A stretch of DNA of 64,000 nt from contig CAVOIY010000002.1 of assembly GCA_963696165.1 (NCBI GenBank), positions 61,613 through 125,612 of the forward strand, written 5' to 3'. The DNA comes from an uncultured Acidobacteriota bacterium (GTDB lineage: Bacteria > Acidobacteriota > Vicinamibacteria > Vicinamibacterales > CAVVIG01). The position numbers were made by a program, and so were the translations under genes. The notes beneath the pieces are model-generated. The model worked only from the letters and a program-made list of their open reading frames with translations, ran no database searches and was not told where the DNA came from. Position 1 is the first letter of the stretch; the number at the start of each line of letters is the position of its first letter. Shown here in pieces: positions 44,434 through 55,235 of this stretch.

Positions 44434-45117
44434 TTACGGCGCGTGAACCTGCAGTTGCTTCCGGGCTGGCGCGGCGCCTTTGACCAGAAGCCACCCCGCA
44501 AGCGTCAGCTCGAACACCAGCGCCGGCATCCACATCACCAGGAACGACGTGACAACCCCCGAGACGGCACCGATGAACTGCAGCGGAAGCAGCACGACCA
44601 GCAGCGCGGACGACAGGACGCCGAGCCAACCGATGGGAACGGGAACCATACGCCCGCGCAGCAGCAGCCACGAGAAAATGGTGCTCCCGACCGCGAAGAA
44701 AGTCGCCCCGATGCCCATCGGCGCGTCCGGCATGAACAGAACAGCGGCATTGGCGATCACGGCGTCCGAGCGGGGCAGGGCCGCGAGCTTCAGGAGCGCG
44801 ACCGACTGCCGCAGCATGATGGCGCCGCTCAAGCCCTCGCAGACGCGGCAGATCATCGCAAACACGGCGAGCTCGTTGTCCTCCTCGCGCGTGATGCCGT
44901 AGAGCGTGACGCCGAGCACCAGCGCCGAGAAGTTGCCGAGAAGGTTGAGAATGATCGTTGCGCGGATCTGCGGCGCGTGCGCAGCAGCGCTGGCGAGTCT
45001 GGCGGCCACAGTGTCGCCGCGGCTCGCCCCGGCCCCCACCATCATGCTGGAAATGCCGACGACGATGTAGAAGAGGAAAGCGGCGCCGGCGAGCCTCGAA
45101 TTCGTCGTACGGGTCAT
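44434..45117 (-). CDS. DUF4386-like membrane protein
   Basis: SRLAGAAFL, PIGWLG and FELTLAGWLLVKG motifs; about 6 TM. Confidence 0.75.
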   Translation of the reverse strand: MTRTTNSRLAGAAFLFYIVVGISSMMVGAGASRGDTVAARLASAAAHAPQIRATIILNLLGNFSALVLGVTLYGITREEDNELAVFAMICRVCEGLSGAIMLRQSVALLKLAALPRSDAVIANAAVLFMPDAPMGIGATFFAVGSTIFSWLLLRGRMVPVPIGWLGVLSSALLVVLLPLQFIGAVSGVVTSFLVMWMPALVFELTLAGWLLVKGAAPARKQLQVHAP

Positions 45118-45154
45118 AGATGCTCCGTTGAAAGGGCGTAGGTACACTCGCCGC

Positions 45155-46091
45155 CTAAGCCACAACGTTCGTCGGTCGGCCCGCAAGAAAGGCAAAGACG
45201 TTCTCGATGGCGAGCGCGAGGCCCGCTTCGGTGGCTTCAGGTGTGATGCCGGCCGCATGCGGCGTGAGCACTACGTTAGGCAGCGCGGACAGCGGCGAGT
45301 CCGCGGGCAGAGGCTCCGTCTCGAAAACATCCAGACCCGCGCCCGCAATTCGATTCGTCAGGAGCGCTTCAACGAGGTCGGATTCACTCACGATCCCGCC
45401 TCGTGCAGTGTTGATCAGGATGGCACCGGGCTTCATCAGCTCGAAGTGTTCACGACGGATCAAACCCGCGGTATCGGTCGAAAGCCGGAGGTGGATGCTC
45501 ACCACGTCGGATTGACGAAAGAGCTCGTCGAAAGCGACCCATTCGGCCACGCCGCCTCGAGGATGAAACGTCCAGGCGATGACCCGCATGCCGATGGCCG
45601 GCGCCAAGCCGCGCCACTTCGCGGCCGATTGCGCCGGTTCCGATCAGACCGAGCGTCTTTCCTCGCAGCTCGGTGACCATGGCGCGAGGCCACTGGCCTT
45701 GCCGGACCTCGTGATCCACCTGAACGATCCGCTTCGCAGCGGCCATGATCAGCGCCATCGTGTGTTCGGCCACGGCGACGGCGGATACGCCCGGCGTGTT
45801 CGTGACGCGGACGCCTTTCGTCTGAGCCGCCGCGAGATCGACGTTGTCCGTTCCCGTGCCCCAGATGGAGATCAGCCGGAGCGCCGAGCATTTCTGCAGC
45901 ACGTCGGCCGTAAACCTGGATGTCGATCGGATGTTGATGACGATGTCGCTGTCGCCGATCCGGTCGGCCAGTTCGGCTGGACCGGACGGACGCGTGAGGT
46001 ACGTCCGAACGTCGTGTCCCGCAAGACGTCGAAACGCCGCGCTTTGGGACATCACGGCAGGTTCGTCATCCGGAATGACAATGAGCGGCAT
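45155..46091 (-). CDS. D-2-hydroxyacid dehydrogenase family; frameshift near 45605
   Basis: GKTLGLIGTGAIG, LINTARG, AGLDVF..EP and LTPHAAG motifs. Confidence 0.9.
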
Positions 46092-46231
46092 CCGTTGATC
46101 AGGTCGAAGCAGAGCACATGATCTCGAGCGCTTGGCAACTCGACATCGTTTTCAGATTGACGTCCTGTGTACCCGGCGACATACTCGCTCGTCTCCACTC
46201 ACAGTCTGCCGGCCTGCCCGAAGGAGCCTCT

Positions 46232-46903
46232 ATGAAATGGTTGAAGGTGTTGCCCGTCGTGTCGCTCATGGCGTTGCGGGCCACCGCGGCGCTCGCTCAG
46301 GATCCTGTGAAAGTGGATCCGGCGCACTACAAGCTCGTCTTCGAGAACGCAAGCGTCCGCGTGCTGACGATCACCTACGCTCCGGGTGCGTCCAGCACGA
46401 TGCATCACCATCCGGACTCGATCGTGATTCCGCTCGTCACCTCAAACGTCCGCTTCGCGACCCCCGACGGTAACTCGGCGGACAGCGAGCTCGCCAAGGA
46501 CTCGGCCATGTATGCGCCGGCTGGGAACCACAACCCCACGAACGTCGGCAAGACGCCGATTTCGGCGATCCTGGTGGAGTTCAAAGGCGCGGCCGCAGGC
46601 AAGTCGACGTTGCCTACGTCACGGTCGGGCATGACGCTGAAGACGCTTGCCGACGGGCCGTACGGCGCTGCGTATCTCTCGACGGCGTCCGCCGCATTCT
46701 CCGAACCGGCCGGCACCAAGCATGACTTCGATCAGGTCGTGATCGCGCTCGGCCCCTCGCCGCTGTCGTTGTCGATCGATGGCAATCCGGCGAAGACCAC
46801 GTGGAAGCGCGGCGAGGCGCAGTTCATTGGCCGCGGGGTATCGCACGAATCCAGGAACACAGGCGGTCAACCGGCGGACATGGTGATCGTCGCCATCAAG
46901 TAG
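46232..46903 (+). CDS. Secreted bicupin-like protein
   Basis: AAGGAG SD; signal peptide; FENASVRVL, MHHHPD, HNPTN and HESRN motifs. Confidence 0.75.
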   Translation: MKWLKVLPVVSLMALRATAALAQDPVKVDPAHYKLVFENASVRVLTITYAPGASSTMHHHPDSIVIPLVTSNVRFATPDGNSADSELAKDSAMYAPAGNHNPTNVGKTPISAILVEFKGAAAGKSTLPTSRSGMTLKTLADGPYGAAYLSTASAAFSEPAGTKHDFDQVVIALGPSPLSLSIDGNPAKTTWKRGEAQFIGRGVSHESRNTGGQPADMVIVAIK

Positions 46904-46921
46904 GGGGAGCCTCGCTCCGAT

Positions 46922-49083
46922 TTGGATCAACCTGAGCTCGAGACCAGACTGTGCGGCACGCCGGCGCCTGATGCGCTGGATCGCTGGGGACCGTTCGAAC
47001 ACCTGCAGCGCGTCGGCCGCGGGTCGTTCGGCGAAGTCTATCGCGCGTTCGACCCCACGCTTCAACGCCACGTGGCGTTGAAGCTTCTCCTGCCGAGCGG
47101 GCTCAATCGAGACGAGGAAGTCGGCGCGCTCCTTCGGGAAGCGCGCGCGATCGCACGCGTGCGGCACCCGAACGTCGTGCCGATCTACGGCGTCGATCGC
47201 CACGATGGGCGCCTCGGTTTCTGGAGCGATTTCGTCAACGGTCAGACGCTCGCGGAGCTCGTGACGACCCAGGGCGCGATGGGCCCGCGCGAAGCAGCGC
47301 TCGTCGGCATCGACGTCTGCCGCGCGGCCGGCGCGGTGCATGCCGCCGGGTTTCTCCACCGCGACATCAAGGCCGCCAACGTGATGCGCGAGGAGGGCGG
47401 CCGCATCCTCCTGATGGATTTCGGCCTCACGCACGAACACGGTCCGGCCGAACATTCGAGCGGCACACCCGCCTACATGGCGCCGGAGCTGCTGCTCGGC
47501 CAGCCGGCGACGATCTCCAGCGACGTCTACGCCATCGGCGTCATGCTGTTCTATCTGCTGACGAAGCAGTACCCGGTCGAGGGCGCCGACTTTCGCGGAG
47601 CTCCGCGCCGCGCACGCATCCGGCAAGCGGCGCACGCTGCTCGACGTTCGTCCCGATCTCCCCGAAGCGCTCGCCCGCGTCGTCGAAACGGCGATCAGCG
47701 CGTCACCCGAGAAGCGTTTCGCCAGCACCGGGCAGATGATCGCCGCGCTGTCCGAGGCGATCGGTCTTGGATCTTCAGCGGCGATCGCACCCGCGGCCGC
47801 GAACCCGCGCCGTCTGCGGTCGTGGATGCTCGCGCCAGTCGCGATCGTCGCGCTGCGCTGTCGTGGCTGTTCGTTTTCGAGCGGCGGCCGGCCCCGCCAC
47901 GGCGCGACTCGCGGACGCCGGTGGCCGGCGAGCAGCAGGACTATCGGCGCGCCCACGATTTGCTGGCGCACTATTACCGGCCGCACGCGCTCGAAACGGC
48001 GATTCCACTGCTGGAGACAATCGTCGCGCAGGACGCGCACTTCGCGCCGGCGTTCGCCGACCTCGGGCGCGCCAACTTCCTGCAGTTCGCGCAGCAGCGC
48101 GACACGAAATATATCGAACCGGCGCGCGAAGCCTCGCTGCGCGCGCTCGCGATCGCGCCGGACCTGGCGTCGGCGCACGTGACGCTCGGATTCCTGTACG
48201 CCTTCACCGACAGAACGACCTCGCCGGCCACGAGCTCGAAGCTGCGCTGCGTCTCGACAAGTTCAACGCCGCGGCGTACGGCGCGCTGGCGGAGCTGCAG
48301 ACTCGGCAGGGACGCACCGACCTGGTCGAGGCGACGCTGCAAAAGGCGGTGAGCCTCGCGCCCGACGATTGGCTGCTGAACATGCAGCTCGGCGCGCACT
48401 ACCTGGACCGCAGCAAGTGGGCCCAGGCAGAAGAGCAGTTCCGCCATGCGGTCGATCTCGTGCCCGACAATCCACGCGCGTACAACAACCTGGGTCTCGT
48501 CTACCGCGGCCTCGACAAGCTGGACGACTCCGCCGCCGCGTTCCAGAAAGCGATCGACCTCGAGCCGACGTTCATTCACTTCAGGAACCTGGGCATGGTG
48601 CTCGCCGAAGCGGGGAGATACCCGGAGGCCGAACAGGCGCTCGCACGATCGATCGAAATGCGCCCGAATCAGTATCGCGCGTGGGGACTGCTCGCGTCGG
48701 TCTACGCGAACCAGCACGCCGACGCGGCGAAGGTGAGAGACACGTATCTCAAAGCGATCGCGCTGGCGGCCGACCTGCTGAAGCAGACGCCGAAGGACGA
48801 ATATCTTCTGGCCGACGTCGGCGGCTACTACGCGGCGCTCGGGAAGGAAAAGGAGAGCCTGCCGCTGCTCGCGCAGGCGGCCGCGCTCGCGCCGGACATC
48901 CCCGAAGTGCTCTACCAGGTGGCCGTCGGGTACGAGATGCTGCACCATCGCGACGAGGCGCTGCGCTGGCTTGCCAAAGCCAGAGCCAGCGGCTATCCTT
49001 CCGAAGCGATCGCGCGAAATCCGCAGCTGGCCGCGCTCCGCGCGGATCCGCGGTACGCGTCGATCGGCGGCGCAGGTCGCTGA
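46922..49083 (+). CDS. Hanks-type Ser/Thr kinase with TM helix and TPR domain; several frameshifts
   Basis: VGRGSFGEVY, VALK, HRDIKAAN, DFG and GTPAYMAPE motifs; TPRs such as AYNNLGLVY. Confidence 0.9.
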
Positions 49084-49110
49084 CCAACTCCAGCCTCAGG
49101 AGAAGATTCG

Positions 49111-49983
49111 ATGACCAACCCGAACGTGGATCGTGCGTCCCCCGTAACGCTCAAGAAAAAGACCGCGAAGCCGAAGGCCTCGAAGAAGTCGTGAGTCGAG
49201 CGTCCGGCAAGCGCGTCTACAACTGCGCTCGAATCGCACGACCAGCACGAAGACTGGTCGCTGCAGAAGGCGAAGGCGCTCGGCCTCAGCGCCAAGAAGA
49301 AGAAGATTCCGGCGGCGAAGGATCTTCGCGAGCCCTGGTGGAATATCGGAAACCAGGGCGCGACCGGCTCCTGCGTCGGCTGGGCGCTCGCCGATTCGGT
49401 GCTGCGCTATCACTTCGTCAAATCAGGAAAGCTCCGCAAGCACGAGCACATCTCGGTCCGCTACATCTGGATGGCGGCGAAGGAGATGGATCACAAGTGC
49501 ACGTATCCGACGACGTTCCTCGACGACGCCGGCACCAGCGCGAAATCGGCGTTGAGGGTCGTCAGGAAGATCGGCGCGCTGAAGACGTCGGTCCTGCCGT
49601 TCGAAGGCGGGTTGGTGAAGTTGAAGGAAGCGCACTTCCTGAAGGTCGCCGGACGCTTGAAGGTGAAGGCCTACTTCAATCTGTGCGGCACGCAGGCAGG
49701 GAAGCTGGATCGATTCAAGGAATGGCTGGCGTATCACGGGCCGATCCTGACGCGCCTGAGAGTGGACCCGAGCTGGAACAACATCAAGCCGGACGGTCAG
49801 CTTCGGAAGTACGACAGGAAGAAAGCCAACGGCGGCCACGCCGTCTCCATCGTCGGTTACACGCCGACGCATTTCATCATTCGCAACAGCTGGGGCACCG
49901 GCTGGGGCGACAAGGGATTTGCGTACGCGAGCTACGAGTACGCGACGGACGCCTTCCACGAGGCGTACGGGATCGTGATCTAG
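49111..49983 (+). CDS. Papain-family (C1) cysteine peptidase; N-terminus disrupted near 49190
   Basis: NQGATGSCVGWA, GGHAVSIVGY and IRNSWGTGWGDKG give a complete catalytic set. Confidence 0.88.
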
Positions 49984-50020
49984 CCGCCCGGATTGTCCTT
50001 CGGTTAACCCCTTCCGGTCG

Positions 50021-50874
50021 TCACGCGCAGCAGTTCGGCCCGCAGCAGCTCTTCGTTTCCGGCTTGCGCGCGCGGATGAACGCGCTCGCGAACTTGCCTT
50101 CGACCTGCGGCGCCATCCGATCGACGTCGACGCCCGCGTCGGTCAGGAACGCGCGCGCGTCGTCGATCTTGTAGATGCGCCACGGCTCGACTTCGACGTC
50201 GGCGAAGCCGGCGGCGCGGAGCTTGTCGCGTGTACTCCGTGTCGTCGCAGCGCGCCGGCGATGCAGCCGACCCACAGCTCCATGCTGCGCCGCACGTCGG
50301 CGGGCACGTCGCCGCGGACGACGACGTCGGAGACGGCGAAGCGGCCGCCGGGCTTCAGCACGCGGAACGCTTCGCGCAGCACGGCGTCCTTGTCGCTCGA
50401 CAGGTTGATCACGCAGTTCGAGATGATCGACGTCGACCGAGTTGTCGGGCAGCGGAATCGCCTCGATCGTGCCCTTCAGGAACTCGACGTTGGTCGCGCC
50501 GGCCTTGCGCTGGTTCTCGCGCGCGAGCGCGAGCATCTCGTCCGTCATGTCGAGGCCGTAGACCTTGCCGGTCGGGCCGACGCGCTTGGCCGAGAGCAGC
50601 ACGTCGATGCCGCCGCCGGAGCCGAGGTCGAGCACGGTCTGACCCGGCTCGAGCGCCAGGAGGGCCGTCGGATTGCCGCAGCCGAGCGACGCGGTGACGG
50701 CATCGGCGCGGCAGACCGCTCGTTTCCGCGTCCGAGTAGAGGTTCGACGTGATCGGGTCGCCGCAGCCGCACGCGGCCGGACCGCAGCAGCCGTCTTTGC
50801 GCCGCGGACGACTCTTCGACCGACGCGGCGATCGCGCCGTATTTGTCGCGAACGGCCTGCTGAATATCTGACAT
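50021..50874 (-). CDS. arsM: Arsenite S-adenosylmethionine methyltransferase; frameshifted
   Basis: [34 protein letters not shown] motifs; C-terminal SCCGPNCCA. Confidence 0.92.
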
Positions 50875-50887
50875 GAGCTGGCTCCTC

Positions 50888-50952
50888 TGTATCTGCAGAA
50901 ACGAATATAGAGACTGTAGACAGCCGTGATATATTTGTCAAGGCGAATATAT
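50888..50952. promoter_or_regulatory. Two ArsR operator candidates in the arsM/arsR divergent gap
   Basis: ATATATTTG-N6-CGAATATAT at 50929-50952; weaker TGTATCTG-N6-CGAATATA at 50888-50909. Confidence 0.65.
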
Positions 50953-51372
50953 GGCCAAGCACATTGCGCGAGATGGAAACGCTGCTTCAAGGCCCTCGCC
51001 GACGCGACCCGGCTGCGCATCCTCGGCCTGCTGCTGACGGGCGAGGTCTGCGTGTGCGACATCCACGAGAGCCTGAAGATTCCGCAGCCGAAGGCGTCGC
51101 GGCATCTGGCGTATCTGCGACGATCGGGGCTCGTCGAGACGCGGCGCGACGGGCTGTGGATTCACTACCGCCTCGGCAAGCTCGCCGATCCGGTGATGGC
51201 GGCGATCGTCGATGCCGTCCGCCACGCGCTGACGCACGTCGACACCGTGCATCGCGACGGCGAGCGCCTGCAGAAGCGGACCGGATGCTGCGTGCCGTCG
51301 CCTGGCGAGATCGCCGGCGTGTCGTGCTGCGCGCCGCAGCACGCGGCTTTCAGCGTGGCCCGGCGAACATGA
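50951..51372 (+). CDS. arsR: ArsR/SmtB repressor (small indels near the start)
   Basis: [19 protein letters not shown] and SRHLAYLR motifs; two C-terminal CC pairs. Confidence 0.92.
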
Positions 51373-51806
51373 CGGCCAGACAAATCGAGGCAGCGCGATC
51401 CGCGGACGCTGAAGCCATTCTCGCGCTGGTCGTGCAGAACGGCCTTCCGATTGATGGCCTCCGCGAGCATCTCGAGACGACGCTCGTCGCCCGCGAAGAT
51501 GGGCGCATCGTCGGCACCGCCGCGCTGGAGCTGTATGCAGACGGGACGCTCTTGCGCTCCGTCGCCGTGGCCTCCGAGAAACAGAGGCAGGGCCTCGGGC
51601 ACGAGCTCACCGAAGCGGCCATTCGTCTCGCCCACGATCGCGGCGCGCCAGCGATGTATCTGCTGACGACCACCGCCGAACGCTTCTTTCCGAAGTTCGG
51701 ATTCGAACGCATTTTGCGTGCGGACGTGCCGGCCAGCGTGCAGGCGTCCGTCGAGTTCACGTCCGCATGTCCGTCGAGCGCGACGGTGATGCGCAAGCCG
51801 CTGTAG
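51369..51806 (+). CDS. arsN2: Arsenic-resistance N-acetyltransferase ArsN2
   Basis: GLPIDG, LLRSVAV, YLLTTTAERFF and EFTSACPSSATVM motifs; ATGA overlap with arsR. Confidence 0.88.
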   Translation: MTARQIEAARSADAEAILALVVQNGLPIDGLREHLETTLVAREDGRIVGTAALELYADGTLLRSVAVASEKQRQGLGHELTEAAIRLAHDRGAPAMYLLTTTAERFFPKFGFERILRADVPASVQASVEFTSACPSSATVMRKPL

Positions 51807-51817
51807 TCTAGTACGCC

Positions 51818-52231
51818 ATGCGATACACGATTCTGGCAATCATCCTCGCCGCGGTCGGTGCACCTCAGCCGACAGCATCCATCCAAAAACCAAAAGCGCA
51901 GACGGTGACCGGTGGGGTGTGTCGCCTCAAGGCGGACGGCACGCTCGGCGTGAACATCGGTCCGAACGCGGCCATGCCAACGCTCGCGCTGACGATCGGA
52001 CCGGGGGCCTTCATGGCCGACCAGCTGCACGCGAACAAAACGAAGTTCACCGGTGCGGGCACGTACGCGAACGAGATCATGGCGCTCTATCTCGGCAAGA
52101 CAGCGACCGAGGACAGCTACATCGGCCTCGGCACCGTCACGATCGCGGCCGACGGTAAATCGGGGACCTTCGCACTGAACGATGGCAAAGCGTCCGGCAC
52201 TTTCGACTGCGGCACTGTTCCGCAGCCGTGA
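51818..52231 (+). CDS. Secreted hypothetical protein, 137 aa
   Basis: Signal peptide; beta-rich sequence with two Cys. Confidence 0.7.
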   Translation: MRYTILAIILAAVGAPQPTASIQKPKAQTVTGGVCRLKADGTLGVNIGPNAAMPTLALTIGPGAFMADQLHANKTKFTGAGTYANEIMALYLGKTATEDSYIGLGTVTIAADGKSGTFALNDGKASGTFDCGTVPQP

Positions 52232-52770
52232 AGCGGGGCACGGCGATGGCGACCTACACCGTTCGAGCGGCCACGCAGGACGATCTGCCGGCGTTGACGG
52301 ACATCTACAACCATTACGTGGTGAACAGTCCGATCACGTTCGACGTGCGCTCTCTCACGGTGGAAGAGCGACGATCCTGGTTCGACGAGCATGCGCCGGC
52401 AGGACGTCATCGTCTCCTCGTGGCCATTGGCAGCGAGAATGCGTGTGTGGGCTACGCGACTTCCAGCCGCTGGCGTCCGAAAGCCGCCTACGACACAACG
52501 GTTGAAGCGAGCATCTACTGTCGGCCAGACGTCATCGGCCACGGATGCGGAACGGTTCTTTACTCGGAACTCTTTGCCGCTCTCGGTGGCGAGGACATCC
52601 ACACGGTTGTCGCCGGCGTGAGCCTGCCGAATCCGGCGTCAATCGCGCTGCACGCGCGGTTCGGATTTCGATCGGTCGGTGTATTCAAGGCAGTCGGAAG
52701 AAAGTTCGGCAAGCTCTGGGACGTTGAGTGGTTTCAACGTCCGCTGCGCTTGCCGGCGAGGATGGCGTAA
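52228..52770 (+). CDS. Phosphinothricin/methionine-sulfoximine N-acetyltransferase-like GNAT (alternative start 52246)
   Basis: IYNHYV..ITF, AYDTTVEASIY, PNPASIALHARFGF and VGRKFG..WDV motifs. Confidence 0.88.
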   Translation: MKRGTAMATYTVRAATQDDLPALTDIYNHYVVNSPITFDVRSLTVEERRSWFDEHAPAGRHRLLVAIGSENACVGYATSSRWRPKAAYDTTVEASIYCRPDVIGHGCGTVLYSELFAALGGEDIHTVVAGVSLPNPASIALHARFGFRSVGVFKAVGRKFGKLWDVEWFQRPLRLPARMA

Positions 52771-52825
52771 CGACGCGCCCACGTTCATCGTTTGCCGATC
52801 ACCACAGCGCTAAAATGGCACGGCC

Positions 52826-55166
52826 ATGAAGTTTGGCGCTCCCGGGCGATTTGCCACTCAGCTGAAAGCGCTCCGTGAGGCGGCGGGCTTCACGCAAGAA
52901 GAACTGGCAACCATTGCCGGCCTGTCGGTTCATGCCGTAAGCGCGCTCGAGCGCGGGGAACGACGGCGGCCGCACGTCGAGACCGTCCGTGCGCTGTCAG
53001 CGGCGCTGGACCTCACGAGCACGGTGCGGGACGCGTTGCTCGGCAGCGCGCGAGCGCCTGCTCGGGACGCGGCGGTCGACGAGCTGAGCGACGTCTCACT
53101 GCCCCTGGCGCCGACGATGCTGCTCGGTCGCGACGCCGACGTCCAAACTCTACGGCGTTGGCTCGCCGATCCGACCGCGCGCCTGATCACGCTCGTCGGA
53201 CCGGGAGGCGTCGGCAAGACGCGTCTGGCGCTGGAGCTCGCGCATGGGATCGCGGGAGAAGGTGCTTCCCGTGTGGTGTTCGTCCCGCTCGCGTCCATTC
53301 GCAACCCCGGGTTCGTCGCTTCAGCGATCGCCGAGGCGCTGGGATTGTCGGACGTGTCTGCGGTCGATTTGGCGAGGCGCGTCCGCGTCGCATGCGGTAA
53401 TCAACCCACCGTGCTCGTGCTCGATAATTTCGAACAGGTCCTCGACGCGGCGCCGCTCGTCGCAAACCTGCTCACCGCTGTCGCTTCGGTGCAAGTGCTC
53501 GCGACGAGCCGCGCTGCGCTCCGCGTGCGTGGAGAGCGCGAGTACACCGTGGGACCTCTCGCCTTGGATGTCGCGTCTGACACGGCGGCCGCCGATCTCG
53601 CACGCGCGCCGGCCGTGAGACTCTTCGTGGACCGCGTCCGCGACGTGCAACCGGACTTTTCGCCTCACGGCGGCAAACGGTCCGATCGTGACAGCGATTT
53701 GTCGTCGACTCGATGCATTGCCGCTGGCTCTCGAGCTCGCGGCCCCATGGATCAAAGTGCTCACCGCCGAGGATCTGCTCCGACGTCTCGTCGACGATGT
53801 CCTGCTCTCAACCGCGGGCCCGCGCGATCTTCCCGAACGCCAACAGACGATGAACGCGACGGTCGCTTGGAGTTATCAGCTCCTTGCGCCGAACGAGCAG
53901 CGCGTGTTCCGTCGTCTGGGCGCGCTGCCGGGACGCTTTACGATTGAGGCGGCGGCGGCTGTCCTGACCGGTGGTGACAGCGACGCAGGTGTAGGCGACG
54001 AGGCGCTCAGCGCGGCGGCGGCCCTGATCGACAAGAGCCTCCTGCTGCGCACCGAGACTTCGGTGGCCACTCGTCCGCTGTACCGGATGCTGGAGACCGT
54101 GCGGGCATTCGCGGCTGTCGAACTCATGGAAGCAGGCGAGCGCGAAAACGCACTTGAAGGGCTTGCGCGCTATTGCATCGCTGAAGCGTCTCTCGCGTGG
54201 AAGGGGCTGGCTGGCCCCGCGCAGGCCGAATGGCTGAACCGAGTGCGCGACGACCTCGAGAACTACCGCGGCGCGCTCACGTGGCTGATCGAGCAAGGAC
54301 GGTCGACAGCGGCGTCCAATATGGCCTGGGAGCTGAGCGTCTTCTGGATGATTCGCGGGCATGCGGCCGAAGGTCTTCAGTGGTACCAGCAGGTGCTGAC
54401 CCTGCCGTCAATTGCGCCCGCAGCCGAGGCGAGAGCACTCTACGGATCGGCGCTGATGTGGTACTCCCAAGGAGAGCTTGCGCAGGCGCGGACCGCGCTC
54501 GGTCGCACCCTCGCGCTCGCGCACGGGGCCGCGGATATCAAGATGGTTGCGCAAGCGTCGAATCTGTTCGGTCACGTCGAGCACGCCGCGGGGAACTTCG
54601 CGGCGGCCCGTGACCGGTTCACGACCAGCGTTGGCGCGTTCCGTCAACTGGCGGTCCCGTGGGGCATCGGGAGTGCGCTCACCGGGCTGGCGGCAGGAGT
54701 CCTCGCGAGCGGCGACCCCGCTCAAGCCGAACTCCTGCTCGATGAGGCCACCTCTGCGCTTCGGCAGACGGGCCCATGGTTTCTGTCGCTCGCGCTGTAC
54801 GTTCGCGCCAACCTCGCGGTGCGACGCGGCCGTCCCGACGACGCGATCGCGCTCGTGCGCGAAAGTCTTACCCACATCCGAACGCTCCATGACAAGTTCG
54901 CGTTCGTCTACGCACTGATTCCGCTGGCTGCCGCCGCCGTGCTCAAAGGCGACGACGCATGGGCCGCGCGGATCCTGGGAGCGCGCGACGCCGTGACCGA
55001 ACGCACGGGGGCGACGGTTGTTGACACCTCGGTGAACGACCTTCGCGCGCAGGCGGAAAAGGACGCGCGGGCGCGCCTCGGCGCGGCGCGGTGGGCACGC
55101 GCCTATGCCGCAGGGCGAACGAGCTCCATCGATTCGCTGTTGAAGGACATCGACAGCGCCGTCTGA
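52826..55166 (+). CDS. XRE-HTH, NB-ARC (STAND) ATPase and TPR protein; frameshift near 53660
   Basis: TQEELA..AGLS..LERG, GPGGVGKTRLA, LVLDNFE and LPLALELAA motifs. Confidence 0.9.
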
Positions 55167-55235
55167 CCCTCGCCCTGACCGCCTGGGAAACATCGGCAAG
55201 CCCTTTGATCCTCCTGCGCGAGGAATGACGATGAA

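Noticed and set aside
50021-52770. Arsinothricin biosynthetic cluster
   Set aside because: No radical-SAM arsL or arsQ transporter in the window
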